NCBI GenBank assembly: GCA_965249735.1
Contig: CBDFMS010000018.1
Location: 41,893-105,892, forward strand
DNA length: 64,000 nt
Origin: Saprospiraceae bacterium
GTDB lineage: Bacteria; Bacteroidota; Bacteroidia; Chitinophagales; Saprospiraceae
Direction of reading: 5' to 3'
Position 1 is the first letter of the stretch, and every line of letters begins with the position of its first letter. The notes below the pieces were generated by a model. The model ran no database searches, was not told the origin of the DNA, and saw only the letters and a program-made list of their open reading frames with translations. This document shows, piece after piece, positions 17,584-28,100 of this stretch. A program made the position numbers and the translations under genes.

Positions 17584-18288
17584 ATGCCCTTGAGTCCTTT
17601 TTCCCAAAAGCAGATCCTGGCTCGATACGCTGCCGAGCCCATTCGTCTGAGGCGCGACGACGCACTCAACATGATCATCAATTCGACCCGGATCAAAAAT
17701 ACACGCCGGTCCAGGCACATTTTGCGATCGGAGCTCACATTTGACCTTGGATATAAAATCGATACATCACCCCAGGCACTACTCCGGATCGGATACCAGG
17801 TACACCTCTATCACATCGACGCCATGGTCAAGTTCCTGGACGGGGTCAAATTTACTTCCGGGGCACCATATGGCGCGATCCGGGACTACTGCCTATCGGT
17901 AGGAATCGATGATGACGACATAGGATATGACACACTTTATAAATCTTATCAAAGAAAAAGTGCGAAATACGCGAAAAAAATAGTAGATAATGTCCTAAAG
18001 GATTCGCGTATTTGGGAAAAAATCGACTTTGATTTTGATCAGTTAGTCGCTGGCCGTGTCATTTCTTATGTTTCTGAGATCTACGATAAGAAGAATCGAT
18101 TCAAAAAAAGAGTCTTCCGACAGATCTACATTGACACTGATATCCGTGTGAATGGATTGTCGCCTAGACAGGCTGCCAAAAAATATGGCCTCCACATATC
18201 AAATATCTACCGTATCATTTTCAGGATGGATCAATGTATGAAAGCTAACTGGCATCGCCACCTTCTCCACACACGTGTAGAGTTATAG
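17584..18288 (+). CDS. HTH-containing protein embedded among virion genes
   Basis: Track start 17572 is GTG; ATG at 17584. C-terminal LSPRQAAKKYGLHISNIYRIIFRM resembles sigma-r4/resolvase-type HTH. Confidence 0.45.
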   Translation: MPLSPFSQKQILARYAAEPIRLRRDDALNMIINSTRIKNTRRSRHILRSELTFDLGYKIDTSPQALLRIGYQVHLYHIDAMVKFLDGVKFTSGAPYGAIRDYCLSVGIDDDDIGYDTLYKSYQRKSAKYAKKIVDNVLKDSRIWEKIDFDFDQLVAGRVISYVSEIYDKKNRFKKRVFRQIYIDTDIRVNGLSPRQAAKKYGLHISNIYRIIFRMDQCMKANWHRHLLHTRVEL

Positions 18289-18327
18289 TCCTGTTTTACT
18301 TCCCTGCATGACTGGACATTGTAGTCA

Positions 18328-19068
18328 ATGTCTGCGGATCTCAATCACATCAGCAAGGTTTGTTCCAACTCAGGAGGCATCGTGTTCATCATGGCCTTCA
18401 ATATGGATAATGTTGTTCCGGCCATTTCAGGCCTCCAGACCGGCGATCCGGTATTCAATGATCCGGACAAAGTTTGGTCCATCCAGTTCAGACGCAATCA
18501 GGCATCTTATACCGAAAGACATCGCAATGGAAAAGGCGGAAATAGTTGGACGCAGACACTTTCCGCAGAGGTGGCTCGCGCCCGGCTATCCGTCGAGCAG
18601 TTTGTTCGGGCGGTTGGCAATCAGCGGATCGGTGTAGTCTACGTCGATCGCAATGGCTTTATCCGCTACTTGTACGACATGCGCCTGGCCACATCTTATG
18701 CTACCGGCAAAAAACGCTCAGACACCAATGGCTATGAATTGAAGTTTTCAAAACATACCAGCAAAGCGACCGACTACATCGCCGGTGAGATTGATATCGA
18801 CATCGTCGTAGGTGGGCCTCCCATCACCGGCGGTCCGGGCCCCAGTACAAAGCAATATCTGCGGATGCAAAATTTCAGCGGCGACACCCTGGTACTACCA
18901 TTTAGCTTACCGGTACTTGACGCTGACGTCAAGAAAGACCTCTTCGTATTTCGCGATGGATCCAAGATGGCACTCAATCATGAGTGGGGTTTCACTCGCG
19001 TAGACTCTACGCTCACATTTGACGATCCATTGGATAATGAAACCTTAGAAATCATCTATATACCATGA
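18328..19068 (+). CDS. Phage protein in the virion-gene region, function unassigned
   Basis: 246-aa ORF. Its stop overlaps the tail-fibre ATG (ATGA at 19065-19068). Confidence 0.5.
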   Translation: MSADLNHISKVCSNSGGIVFIMAFNMDNVVPAISGLQTGDPVFNDPDKVWSIQFRRNQASYTERHRNGKGGNSWTQTLSAEVARARLSVEQFVRAVGNQRIGVVYVDRNGFIRYLYDMRLATSYATGKKRSDTNGYELKFSKHTSKATDYIAGEIDIDIVVGGPPITGGPGPSTKQYLRMQNFSGDTLVLPFSLPVLDADVKKDLFVFRDGSKMALNHEWGFTRVDSTLTFDDPLDNETLEIIYIP

Positions 19069-21359
19069 AGCATTTTCACATACTTATCGTACTACTTTTT
19101 TCAGCCACAACACTACTTGGCCAGCGCATCAAGCCGGACAAGCGCATACGCCTGGCTCCTGATACCACACAAGCTCACGCCTTGATATCCGACCATGCAG
19201 GCAGATATCAGCACACGCTGTTGTACCACTGGATTGATAGTGTCTTTCATATTTCGGACTCGACTATATGGGTCAAAGAGCCCACTCATATCTACTATCT
19301 GGATCCTGTGAGTGTCGGCACTAGTGGTTACAAACCGACATATCAGTTTAGCGTCGACGGGACCTCTATATTCAAAGACTATATACTCATAGAGCATCCT
19401 AGTCCTTCTCTATTTTTCAGCAATGACACATCCAATATAGATGCAGGCTTCATCCTGCTCAATGACTCGACCTTCTCTGTTACCTCCATCGCTCGGATCG
19501 GATGGGGTGGCAATGGGATCTCCGCTGTTCCGGAGGAGAGTCTTGACATACCCGGCACGATAAAGATGCGCGGCCTTGAGTCAACCACGCCATCCGGATC
19601 CACAAAGATGCTGGTCGTTGACACAGTAGGCAAGGTGGCCTTCATGGCAGATATTCCAACACCTGGCTTTGATTCTACTTACATATATGCAGCCCTGTCA
19701 GACTCGGCGGCAGACATCAGAGCAGCCGATAGTGATCACCAGCAGCTCTCCATTGGATCGGATACTATCTATCTGGAGCGTGGAGGCTTCATCATAGTGC
19801 CTCTGGGCTTTGATTCTACCCACATCTACCAGGCATTAGCCGATAGCGCATCTGACATAAGGGATGATATGCCATTCCACTGGGATCTTTATGTCGAGGG
19901 ATCGTTTATGAGATATATAGGCGACGATCTGGGTGATATCGTTGACTTCGTAAGTGGTGACAATTCGATCGACATTACAAATGTTGGTTCGCAGTTGAAT
20001 TTTTCAACGACAGAATCTGATCCTATATATGCGGCCTCTTGGTGGCCGGGAGTCACTACTGCGGATACACTTCGCTGGGGTATAGACCTGGTCGACGATG
20101 CAGATGCTGATCCGACTAACGAGCTATTTGATTCAACCCACATCTATCAGGCATTGGTTGATAGCGCTGCTGACATTCGTGCTGACATACCAACCGTTAC
20201 AGTGTATACAGCAGGCAATGGTTTGTCATTATCCGGTTCTCAGTTTAGTCTCGGAGACACGATTACAAGCAGTGTAAATTGGTACACAGACGGACTCAAT
20301 GCAGGATTCTCTATACAAAGCCTACAATCTACAGATCTACCATTTTTTAGAATGAGGGATAGCAGTGGCCAAATATCTGTCGGATTAGATGTGAAAGATT
20401 TTGGTGGGAAATTGTACTCATACTATGATCTGGAAGTCCATGCAAATGACAATTTGTATCTGAGTCAAATTGGAAACAATGACACACTATTCATTGAGAG
20501 TACCAATATCCAAATTCACGATCCTTGGCTGAATAATTTTTTATACGAATTTCCGGGCAATGCTCCTACCGATGGACAACTCATGAAATCTGATGCAAAT
20601 GGAATATTGTCCTGGCAAGATGATGGAGGTGGAAGTGGCAATGACTATTTGACTGCTGTCACGCATGTACAAGACACGTTGACTTTTGTGGTTCAAAATC
20701 AATCCGATCCTATATTGTTGGTGAATGATATTTCAGTAAGTGAGTTGACAAACGATGTTCCTTACGTGCCATTATCTGAAATGAATGATTCCTTAACTTG
20801 GATAAGTAACGCAAACGACATTTACAATAAAAATTCTGGCAATGTAGGAATAGGCACAAGTACACCAGACGAATTATTACACCTGCAAGCGACGGCAGAT
20901 CCGGCCATCAAATTAACTGAATCAGGAGGCACGGCCAATCATTTGTCCATCTCAAATATCAACGCTTCGACGGCCAAGTTTGATAAAACAAATAGTTCCG
21001 GAGCTGTATTACTAGATTTTTTCCCGAATCCATCCGATGGGACAAGCACCGCCAAGACGCGATTTTTTAGGAACACCAATACGACCGGTCGTGTGGCAAT
21101 GGATGTGCACAAAGGGGACAATACAAGTGCGGTCAATTGTAGTTTGTCTGGCAACGATGACAGCTATGTGAATAAAACGCTCGGAGACTTCGGAGTCGGC
21201 ACTTCTTCTCCTGTTGCAAAATTGCACGTGACAGGTGGCGACATCTATGTCGAAGATGATGGAGCTGCAGTCATTTTGACATCTCCAAACGGAACCTGCT
21301 ACGAGGTGACGGTCGACAATTCAGGGAATCTAGTAACCACTTCTATTACTTGTCCATAA
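19065..21359 (+). CDS. Tail fibre / receptor-binding-like protein
   Basis: 764 aa with a hydrophobic N-terminus. Three copies of FDSTxIYxALxDSAxDIR. C-terminal GIGTSTPDELLHLQ and GVGTSSPVAKLHVTGG motifs, as seen in Bacteroidota tail-fibre-domain proteins. Confidence 0.65.
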   Translation: MKHFHILIVLLFSATTLLGQRIKPDKRIRLAPDTTQAHALISDHAGRYQHTLLYHWIDSVFHISDSTIWVKEPTHIYYLDPVSVGTSGYKPTYQFSVDGTSIFKDYILIEHPSPSLFFSNDTSNIDAGFILLNDSTFSVTSIARIGWGGNGISAVPEESLDIPGTIKMRGLESTTPSGSTKMLVVDTVGKVAFMADIPTPGFDSTYIYAALSDSAADIRAADSDHQQLSIGSDTIYLERGGFIIVPLGFDSTHIYQALADSASDIRDDMPFHWDLYVEGSFMRYIGDDLGDIVDFVSGDNSIDITNVGSQLNFSTTESDPIYAASWWPGVTTADTLRWGIDLVDDADADPTNELFDSTHIYQALVDSAADIRADIPTVTVYTAGNGLSLSGSQFSLGDTITSSVNWYTDGLNAGFSIQSLQSTDLPFFRMRDSSGQISVGLDVKDFGGKLYSYYDLEVHANDNLYLSQIGNNDTLFIESTNIQIHDPWLNNFLYEFPGNAPTDGQLMKSDANGILSWQDDGGGSGNDYLTAVTHVQDTLTFVVQNQSDPILLVNDISVSELTNDVPYVPLSEMNDSLTWISNANDIYNKNSGNVGIGTSTPDELLHLQATADPAIKLTESGGTANHLSISNINASTAKFDKTNSSGAVLLDFFPNPSDGTSTAKTRFFRNTNTTGRVAMDVHKGDNTSAVNCSLSGNDDSYVNKTLGDFGVGTSSPVAKLHVTGGDIYVEDDGAAVILTSPNGTCYEVTVDNSGNLVTTSITCP

Positions 21360-21426
21360 TCGCAGGCAATCGTCGATCGACGAACTGTCCTATTCTATTT
21401 TTTCTCCTTGAGACACTTTTGTCTCA

Positions 21427-22512
21427 ATGCCACAAGTCAGTGCACCTATAGCAGAATTTCGTACAGCTTTCAGTTCAGCTGAAGTCGCTCGAAAGAATAT
21501 TGATACCACAGCGATGACCATCACCGATGTACTCATCGCCCAGGCTGGTGAAGCGCGAGGTCACGGATACTATATCGAGCGCGAACAGCTCGAGGTCTAC
21601 ATGACTTCAGCCAATAAGGAGTATCCGGAAGGACTTCCCATGAAATATGGTCACAATTGGAACAATTTGGGCAAGGGCTTAGGTCGATTTTCCAATCTCA
21701 AGATGAAAGGTGATCGCCTCTATGCTGATGCTGGATTTTATAAGACAGCAGATAGCTCTCCAACCAATCCGGGCATGGCCACCTACGTATTGAACCAGGC
21801 ATCAGAGGATCCAAAGTCCCTCATGATGTCCATCAAGTTTCAGCGAGAAGGCTACTATCAGTATGACAAGGCCAAGACGAAGATCAAGGTCTTCTACTAC
21901 GACGAAGACAACCATCAATGGGTGCGCCCGATCAAGGAATTTGGCAAGGTCTACGTCGAGGTCAATCGAGCTGTCTCATGCGATGTGGTGGACGATGGAG
22001 CACTGACAGAGTCAATGTTCGGCACCAATTCTATCCAGAAGGCATTCAGTTACCTGGCCAGCCTGCCAGGATTTTCTGACTGGGTCAAAGATCACGTCGA
22101 GTCTATCCCTGAGATACACGACCATTTTGCTGCCAAACAAGAGAACAAATTCTATTCAAAATTCAAATCATTTTTTACTATGAAAGACGATAAACCGGCC
22201 ACCCCGGCAACGCCTGCGGCCACCCCGGCACCTGCGACCACAAGTGCGTCCACGACTCCGGATACACTGACTCCGGATCCGTCTATAGCGGATCAATTGA
22301 AAGCCGTGAGCGACAAGCTCGAGGCGCTTCAGACTCGCAATGACAACCTTGAGGCTAGCCTCATAGCACTCGGCGGCGAACCTGCTGAGACACCTACCGG
22401 TGGCACTTCAGAAGCTTCAACAGCGACTGATGATACTCCCGCATACATGAGTGACCCCATCAACCAACGCGCGATGGAGCATTATTCACGAATTCCAAAA
22501 ACTGACAAATAA
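21427..22512 (+). CDS. Putative prohead protease with C-terminal scaffold-like region
   Basis: YGHNWNNLG and LMMSIKF resemble the His and Ser motifs of HK97-type (S78) proteases. The C-terminus is Pro/Thr/Ala-rich plus coiled coil. Sits directly upstream of the capsid gene. Confidence 0.55.
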   Translation: MPQVSAPIAEFRTAFSSAEVARKNIDTTAMTITDVLIAQAGEARGHGYYIEREQLEVYMTSANKEYPEGLPMKYGHNWNNLGKGLGRFSNLKMKGDRLYADAGFYKTADSSPTNPGMATYVLNQASEDPKSLMMSIKFQREGYYQYDKAKTKIKVFYYDEDNHQWVRPIKEFGKVYVEVNRAVSCDVVDDGALTESMFGTNSIQKAFSYLASLPGFSDWVKDHVESIPEIHDHFAAKQENKFYSKFKSFFTMKDDKPATPATPAATPAPATTSASTTPDTLTPDPSIADQLKAVSDKLEALQTRNDNLEASLIALGGEPAETPTGGTSEASTATDDTPAYMSDPINQRAMEHYSRIPKTDK

Positions 22513-22514
22513 TC

Positions 22515-23462
22515 ATGGCATTATCAGAAACCTATACCGACGTTGCCGCCTATCAGGCCTATGTGCAACAGTACAACTTCGACCTGATCACGGATGCATT
22601 TATCAAAACCAAGACCGCATCCATGGTGACCACTCACGAGGGGGTCAAAGGCAAACTTACACTCACGCGGATGGTCCTTGCACAGCTAGTCAAACGCTAC
22701 GAAAAAGATTTTGGCGCACCGGCTGACCAGGCGACATTTACACCACGTACGATTGAGACCTTCAAGGTCAAAGTCGAGCATAGCGTGTGTCCATCTGACC
22801 TGGAGGGCTCTTATCTGGGAGAACTCAGGAAGAAAGGGCAGAGTCCAATGGACTGGCCGATGCAGGCATATGTTTTGGGCGGTATTGCTATGCAAATAGC
22901 CCAGGAGATCGAGTTGGCACTTTGGCGGGCTGAGAAGACGGGTACGCCTTTGAGTACTGACGGCATCTATCTCGTGTTTGACGGTTACCGCCAGATCGTC
23001 AAAGATGCGATCACGGCCACCGATGTGACAGCTACCGCCACCGGGGCGATCACAGCTACCAATGCAGTAGCAGCGGTCGAAGCCACATTTGGAAACCTCA
23101 GCTCTACATACATGGATTTGCCGATTGACATCTATATGGGAGTAAAGGGGCGGATCAACTACTTCAAGGACTACCGTGAGCGATATGGCAAGTACACCTC
23201 ACCCATGGGAGAGGATGGATCATATCGTGTGGACTTTAGCAATCAAGCTTACATCCATGGCATGGGAGGGCTTGGTGATGACGACATCATCATCACGCCG
23301 CGCACCAACCTGCATTATGCATTTGATGCAGCCGCTGACAGTGCCACATTCAACTTTGAGCAAAATCACCGCCAGCTGGACATCTGGGCTGACTTCCTGA
23401 TCGGTGCTCAGATCGGTATCGCTGAGGATGGAATCCTTGCAGCAAACGACTCCCTCGGATAG
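22515..23462 (+). CDS. Putative major capsid protein
   Basis: 315 aa, immediately downstream of the protease/scaffold gene. The call rests on size and position only. Confidence 0.55.
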   Translation: MALSETYTDVAAYQAYVQQYNFDLITDAFIKTKTASMVTTHEGVKGKLTLTRMVLAQLVKRYEKDFGAPADQATFTPRTIETFKVKVEHSVCPSDLEGSYLGELRKKGQSPMDWPMQAYVLGGIAMQIAQEIELALWRAEKTGTPLSTDGIYLVFDGYRQIVKDAITATDVTATATGAITATNAVAAVEATFGNLSSTYMDLPIDIYMGVKGRINYFKDYRERYGKYTSPMGEDGSYRVDFSNQAYIHGMGGLGDDDIIITPRTNLHYAFDAAADSATFNFEQNHRQLDIWADFLIGAQIGIAEDGILAANDSLG

Positions 23463-23467
23463 TATTG

Positions 23468-23827
23468 ATGTCCGAGCTCGACGAAATAAAATTTAAACAA
23501 GAGGCTCAGGAGGCCATACTCAATGATCTCCTGAGCCACAAAAACCAAACGATGTCAGACGATAATAAAAATCTAAATCCGGATGCTGATCAGGACACCG
23601 CTACTACACCTGAGGCTCCGGCCACGGGCAACGCCCCTGCCGCACCAACTGCAGCTGAGAAAGAACCAAAGCCGGTTCGTTTCAAAGTCGCGGGAGTTTC
23701 ATACGAATTCACGGTGAAAGCCGTGTTCATTCGAGGCGTCAAAACGCCGGTCGAAAAGATTTCGGCAGAGGATCGCAAAAAATTTGTGGAGTCCGGATCC
23801 ATCATTTTCAAACCTGTAAATAATTAA
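23468..23827 (+). CDS. Hypothetical head-associated protein
   Basis: Track start 23465 is TTG; ATG at 23468. Ala/Pro-rich linker. Confidence 0.4.
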   Translation: MSELDEIKFKQEAQEAILNDLLSHKNQTMSDDNKNLNPDADQDTATTPEAPATGNAPAAPTAAEKEPKPVRFKVAGVSYEFTVKAVFIRGVKTPVEKISAEDRKKFVESGSIIFKPVNN

Positions 23828-23830
23828 ATC

Positions 23831-24331
23831 ATGGCAGATTGTTGTGCAGCATTAGCAGAAATTGCCCGCCATTGTGGACCCAATGCCAAAGGGATCAAAC
23901 GAAATGTTTACCTGGCATGTATCGACGATATACAAACCATACCGGATCCCACGGCTGATACCGTAAAAGTTGAGACGGACATAGTCATGGAGGCAACCAA
24001 AGTATTCACCGTCTTCAATATCGGCAAGACCAATCAGGCCTTCGAGGCTGACGCTGCCGGTGATGGTGATGGGGCGACCCTCGATTATCGGATCCAGTTC
24101 TTTATCCCACGCATGGATGGAGACAAAGCTAGTATACTCAATGGCACGATGAACGGAGAGTACATCTTCATTTTCGAAGACAAAAACGGAGTCCAGCATA
24201 TCATCGGAGCCAAAGATGATGGTGCATTGCTAAAGGTGAAGTCGCAGACAGATCCAAATGGCTACCTGATCTCCGTTGAGTGGGATTCCAGCCACATTGC
24301 GTACGTGTATACCGGATTAATCACTACTTAA
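23831..24331 (+). CDS. Candidate major tail (tube) protein
   Basis: 166 aa lying between the capsid and tape-measure genes. Call made by position only. Confidence 0.4.
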   Translation: MADCCAALAEIARHCGPNAKGIKRNVYLACIDDIQTIPDPTADTVKVETDIVMEATKVFTVFNIGKTNQAFEADAAGDGDGATLDYRIQFFIPRMDGDKASILNGTMNGEYIFIFEDKNGVQHIIGAKDDGALLKVKSQTDPNGYLISVEWDSSHIAYVYTGLITT

Positions 24332-24344
24332 AAATCAGAACGAC

Positions 24345-24560
24345 ATGCCAAAAAACGACAGCAACTCAGCCACCCCGGCACCCCCGGCACCCGGTGCTGA
24401 TACGCCAAGGACCATCGACTATATAGGTCCGTTTTATAAAAAAAAGCTGATAGTGCCTGGGGCAGGAGCTATCAATCCCAAAGCAATGAAAGAAGCGGAT
24501 ATCCGTGCTATGGTCAAAAAATATCCAAAACTAGCCCGGCTGTGGACCGGCTTGAAATAG
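24345..24560 (+). CDS. Hypothetical phage protein
   Basis: 71-aa ORF followed by a strong terminator. Confidence 0.4.
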   Translation: MPKNDSNSATPAPPAPGADTPRTIDYIGPFYKKKLIVPGAGAINPKAMKEADIRAMVKKYPKLARLWTGLK

Positions 24561-24588
24561 CAAATTCAATCTGTTTTAATTAGAATCG

Positions 24589-24628
24589 AAGCCGCAACGT
24601 CTGACTACAGATGTTGCGGCTTTTTTTT
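24589..24628 (+). terminator. Rho-independent terminator
   Basis: GCCGCAAC (24591-24598) pairs with GTTGCGGC (24613-24620), followed by T8 (24621-24628). Confidence 0.8.
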
Positions 24629-24634
24629 AAATAT

Positions 24635-25153
24635 ATGGCCAAAAACTACACATATCAGGAGTTTATCGAGCAGACGGTCACTGACTGGACCCACGAGCTG
24701 GTCGAGCAACGCATAGCTGCCGTCAAGAAAGCCAAACTGATCGCCTCAGGGGAGCTGCAGAACATCAGAGGCCATATCGTCAAAGGAGCGATTCGCGATG
24801 GAGCCAAGATGGAACTGTTCTTTCGGGAGTATGGTCGCATCCAGGATATGAAACGTACCAGCTTCACAGAAGATACACCGGTCTCCAAGATCATCGAATG
24901 GATCGAATCAAAAGGCCTGCAAAAGTTCAAAAATCGATTCTCAAAATTGTACGGAAAAATTCCCTCAAGCAATGCTCGATTTATTCATCAGTTAGCCTGG
25001 TCGATCAAGTCCGGAAAGCGAAAAAAGCGCCGGCGCAAATGGTATAGCAAAGGGACATGGGGCGCCATCTATGGCTTATATGACGATCTCCTTATTGGCT
25101 TATCGGATCCCGCATTACAAAAAGCAAAAGAAGCATTGACCCATGGCAGTTAG
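24635..25153 (+). CDS. Hypothetical protein upstream of the tape measure (possible tail assembly chaperone by position)
   Basis: Track start 24611 lies inside the terminator stem; ATG at 24635. Basic patch KRKKRRRK. Confidence 0.45.
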   Translation: MAKNYTYQEFIEQTVTDWTHELVEQRIAAVKKAKLIASGELQNIRGHIVKGAIRDGAKMELFFREYGRIQDMKRTSFTEDTPVSKIIEWIESKGLQKFKNRFSKLYGKIPSSNARFIHQLAWSIKSGKRKKRRRKWYSKGTWGAIYGLYDDLLIGLSDPALQKAKEALTHGS

Positions 25154-28100
25154 ACAAGATCGTGCACAACTCATCGTAGAGATCAAGGCAGCTGAGTCTT
25201 CTGAGTATCAGAAGCTCATCAAGTCGCAAAAAGACCTGGTACGCGATACCAAGAAGCTCAAGGTAGGTACGGATGAGTACAACCAGAAGCTGGCCGACAC
25301 CATCGAGCTCAATAAAAAGTTCTCCAAGATCGACATCAACAAACTCAGCATCAAACAGATCCAGGAGAGATCCCGCCAACTCGAGCGCCTCAAAAAAATA
25401 CTACCACAAAATAGCAAGGCCCTCAAGGATATGGAAGTCGAGCAAAAGAAGCTCAATACCGCATTGGCCAATGCCAGATCTCGAACCCGTGGTGTCGCCC
25501 AGGGGATGGATAAAATGCAAGGCGCCGGAGCTAAGTTTATAAGCTTTTTAAAGACAACCTTACCGCTCATCGGTGCATTTTTTGCCATCGGCAAGCTGGT
25601 CGAGTGGGGTAAGCAGCTCCTGACCATCGGCACGGAGATTGACACATTGGACCGAAAATTCAAGACGGTATTTGGCGAAGCCGGTGATATCGTCTCCGCA
25701 TTTGCTGAGCGAAATGCCGAGAGCATGGGTCTCACTCGAAGTCGATATCGTGAAGCTGCTGCAGCCGTAGGAGACTTATTGATCCCGATGGGATTTCAGC
25801 GCGATGAGGCAGCCCAATTGAGCGCAGGCCTGGTAAATCTATCAGGAGCTCTTGCTGAATGGAGCTTGGGAAAAATATCATCAAAGCAGGCTTCAGATAT
25901 ATTATCGAAGGCCATGCTAGGTGAGCGTGATGGTTTAAAGCAACTAGGTATATCATTAACAGAGGCCGATATTAAAGCTCGCCTGGCGGCCAAAGGTCAG
26001 GACAAGCTCACGGGCTCGAACTTAGAGCAGGCTAAAGCCCTGGCCACCTATGACCTCGTGCTTGAGAAGTCAAAAGATGCTCAAGAGGCCTTTGCCAAAA
26101 ACACCGGCACCCTGATCCGCAAAAAGAATGAACTCAAAGCCAAGATCCAGGAAAATGTAGAGGTGCTGGCCAGGCGATTGATACCGATATGGAACCAGGT
26201 GACGGTCTGGGGGCTCAAAATAGTAGAGGGCTTCGTTCAGTTCGCACTCATACTAAAGGAGATTCCGAAGTTCATCAAGGAGAATCAAACGACCCTCATT
26301 GCTTTAGGAGTAGCACTCATCGCGTTCAATTTACAATCGATAAAAGCCAACGCACTACTGCTCCTCCAAAAAATCCGCATCACAGCCACCACGAAGGCAA
26401 AGCAAGCTGCTATTATCGTTACGAAAGGGTTTAGAGCAGCTATGAAGGGTCTGAACGCCACCATCAGAGCAAATCCAATAGGCTTTATCATCGGACTGTT
26501 GATCTCATTAGCCCTCGCATTCTCACAAGCGTATAAGCGCTCCGAGAAATTTCGGAATTTCATCGATGGCCTCTCCAAGATATTCAAATACACGCTCGGC
26601 CCTACCATCCAGAATGTGCGCGAGTGGTTTGGCCGTATGTTTGAAAAGGCTAAGGATTTTCCGATCATCGGTGGTTATATAAGAGGTATAACAAAAGCTA
26701 TAAAGCTCGCCAGGGATGCGTTTGAAAATGTAGGCGCCACATTTGCCGGATTAAAAGCAGCTGCAAAACAGGCCTTTGAAAACATCAAACTCCAATTTGT
26801 CGAGATGGGTATCTCCGCTGTACTCGCCGCAAAGAAGCTCGATCTTGCGTTTAGCATAAGATCAAGTACAAAAGAACGCCTGAGGAAGGAAATTGCGGCG
26901 CTGGAAAACCTCAAAACAGTAGCCGCTAAAGCAGGTAAGAGTATAGGTGAAGCCTATTCTAGTGCCAGGGACGAATTCATTTTGAAGAACCCCCCCACGG
27001 ATGCTAAAGCAAAGAAAGGAGGCGGCGGCGGCGGCGGCGACGGAGGTAATAATGATCCACCAAAACCCCCAACTGCCCCCAGCGGCGAGTCTGCCGAAAA
27101 ACAGCGCAAAAAAGACCTCAAGCTAGCCTTAGCTGCTCAAAAAGACCTCTTCGCTCGCTTGGCATTCCTGGACGAAGTCAAACATCAGGATGATTTGGAT
27201 CGCGCCACGGGTAATGCAGAGGCACTGGCCGCACTCAAACATGACCATCGCCAGCGAGAGATCGAAAATGACATCCTGCACTTCCAGGACCAGATAGCCA
27301 TATTGGATGAGTTTGGTGAGGGTGAAAGCACCAAAGTACTGGAGATCCAGGCCAAGATCGCCAAGCTCAAAAATGACCAGGCTGCAAGTGAGCGTGAACG
27401 ATTGGCGGAGATCAACCAGGGCAAACTTGATGATCTGGATAAAATATACGAGGGTGAAGTAGATAAGCTCCAAAGTAAATTCGACCAGGCACTCATCTCT
27501 GAGGGCGAATTCAAAGAACTCCAGTTGCAACAGGAGATTGAGGCTATCGCACAGAGACAAGCGCTCCTGACCGATTTAAAACTACAAGACACCGAGGCCT
27601 TTGCCGAGCTCGAGCGACAGCGTACAGACGTCGAGCGAGAGCAATCAGAATTACGTGTCGCTGCTGCAGATCGTGAGTCAGAGATCAAGCAAAACATCCA
27701 GAAGGCTGGATTGGCAGCTGCGACGAATGCCCTTCGTTTCGGACTCAAACTTCTCAAAAAGGAGAGTAAAGCCAGGAAAGCCTTCATTGTTGCAACCAAA
27801 GCCTTCGAAATAGCCAAAGTCATCATCAATCTCCAAAGCCAAATAGCTGCTATCAATGCGAAATACGCGGCTATACCAGGCGCAGGCCTCGCTTTCGCTG
27901 CCTTTGAAACTGCTATAGCTAAGGTCAACGCCGGAGTAGCAATTGGGACTATTCTCGCTCAGAAATTCTACAAAGGCGGCCAGGTATCTCCACACAAGCG
28001 CGTCGTCTCCGGACAGCGTGTCAACTTGGCGCCCAATGCACCTACCCAAAGAGGAGGTGACAATGTCCTGGCATTTCTCAAGCGCGGCGAGGTAGTGCTC

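Noticed and set aside
18308-18637. 109-aa + strand ORF in an alternative frame of 18328..19068
   Set aside because: It overlaps the longer 246-aa frame, which is translationally coupled to the tail-fibre gene. The alternative peptide is Ser/Arg/Pro-rich and low in complexity.
24430-24445. A AAA AAG-type slippery run (A8) in 24345..24560 as a G/GT-like programmed -1 frameshift upstream of the tape measure
   Set aside because: Hand translation of the -1 frame extends only about 10 codons past the normal stop and ends before the terminator. No chaperone-extension product would result.
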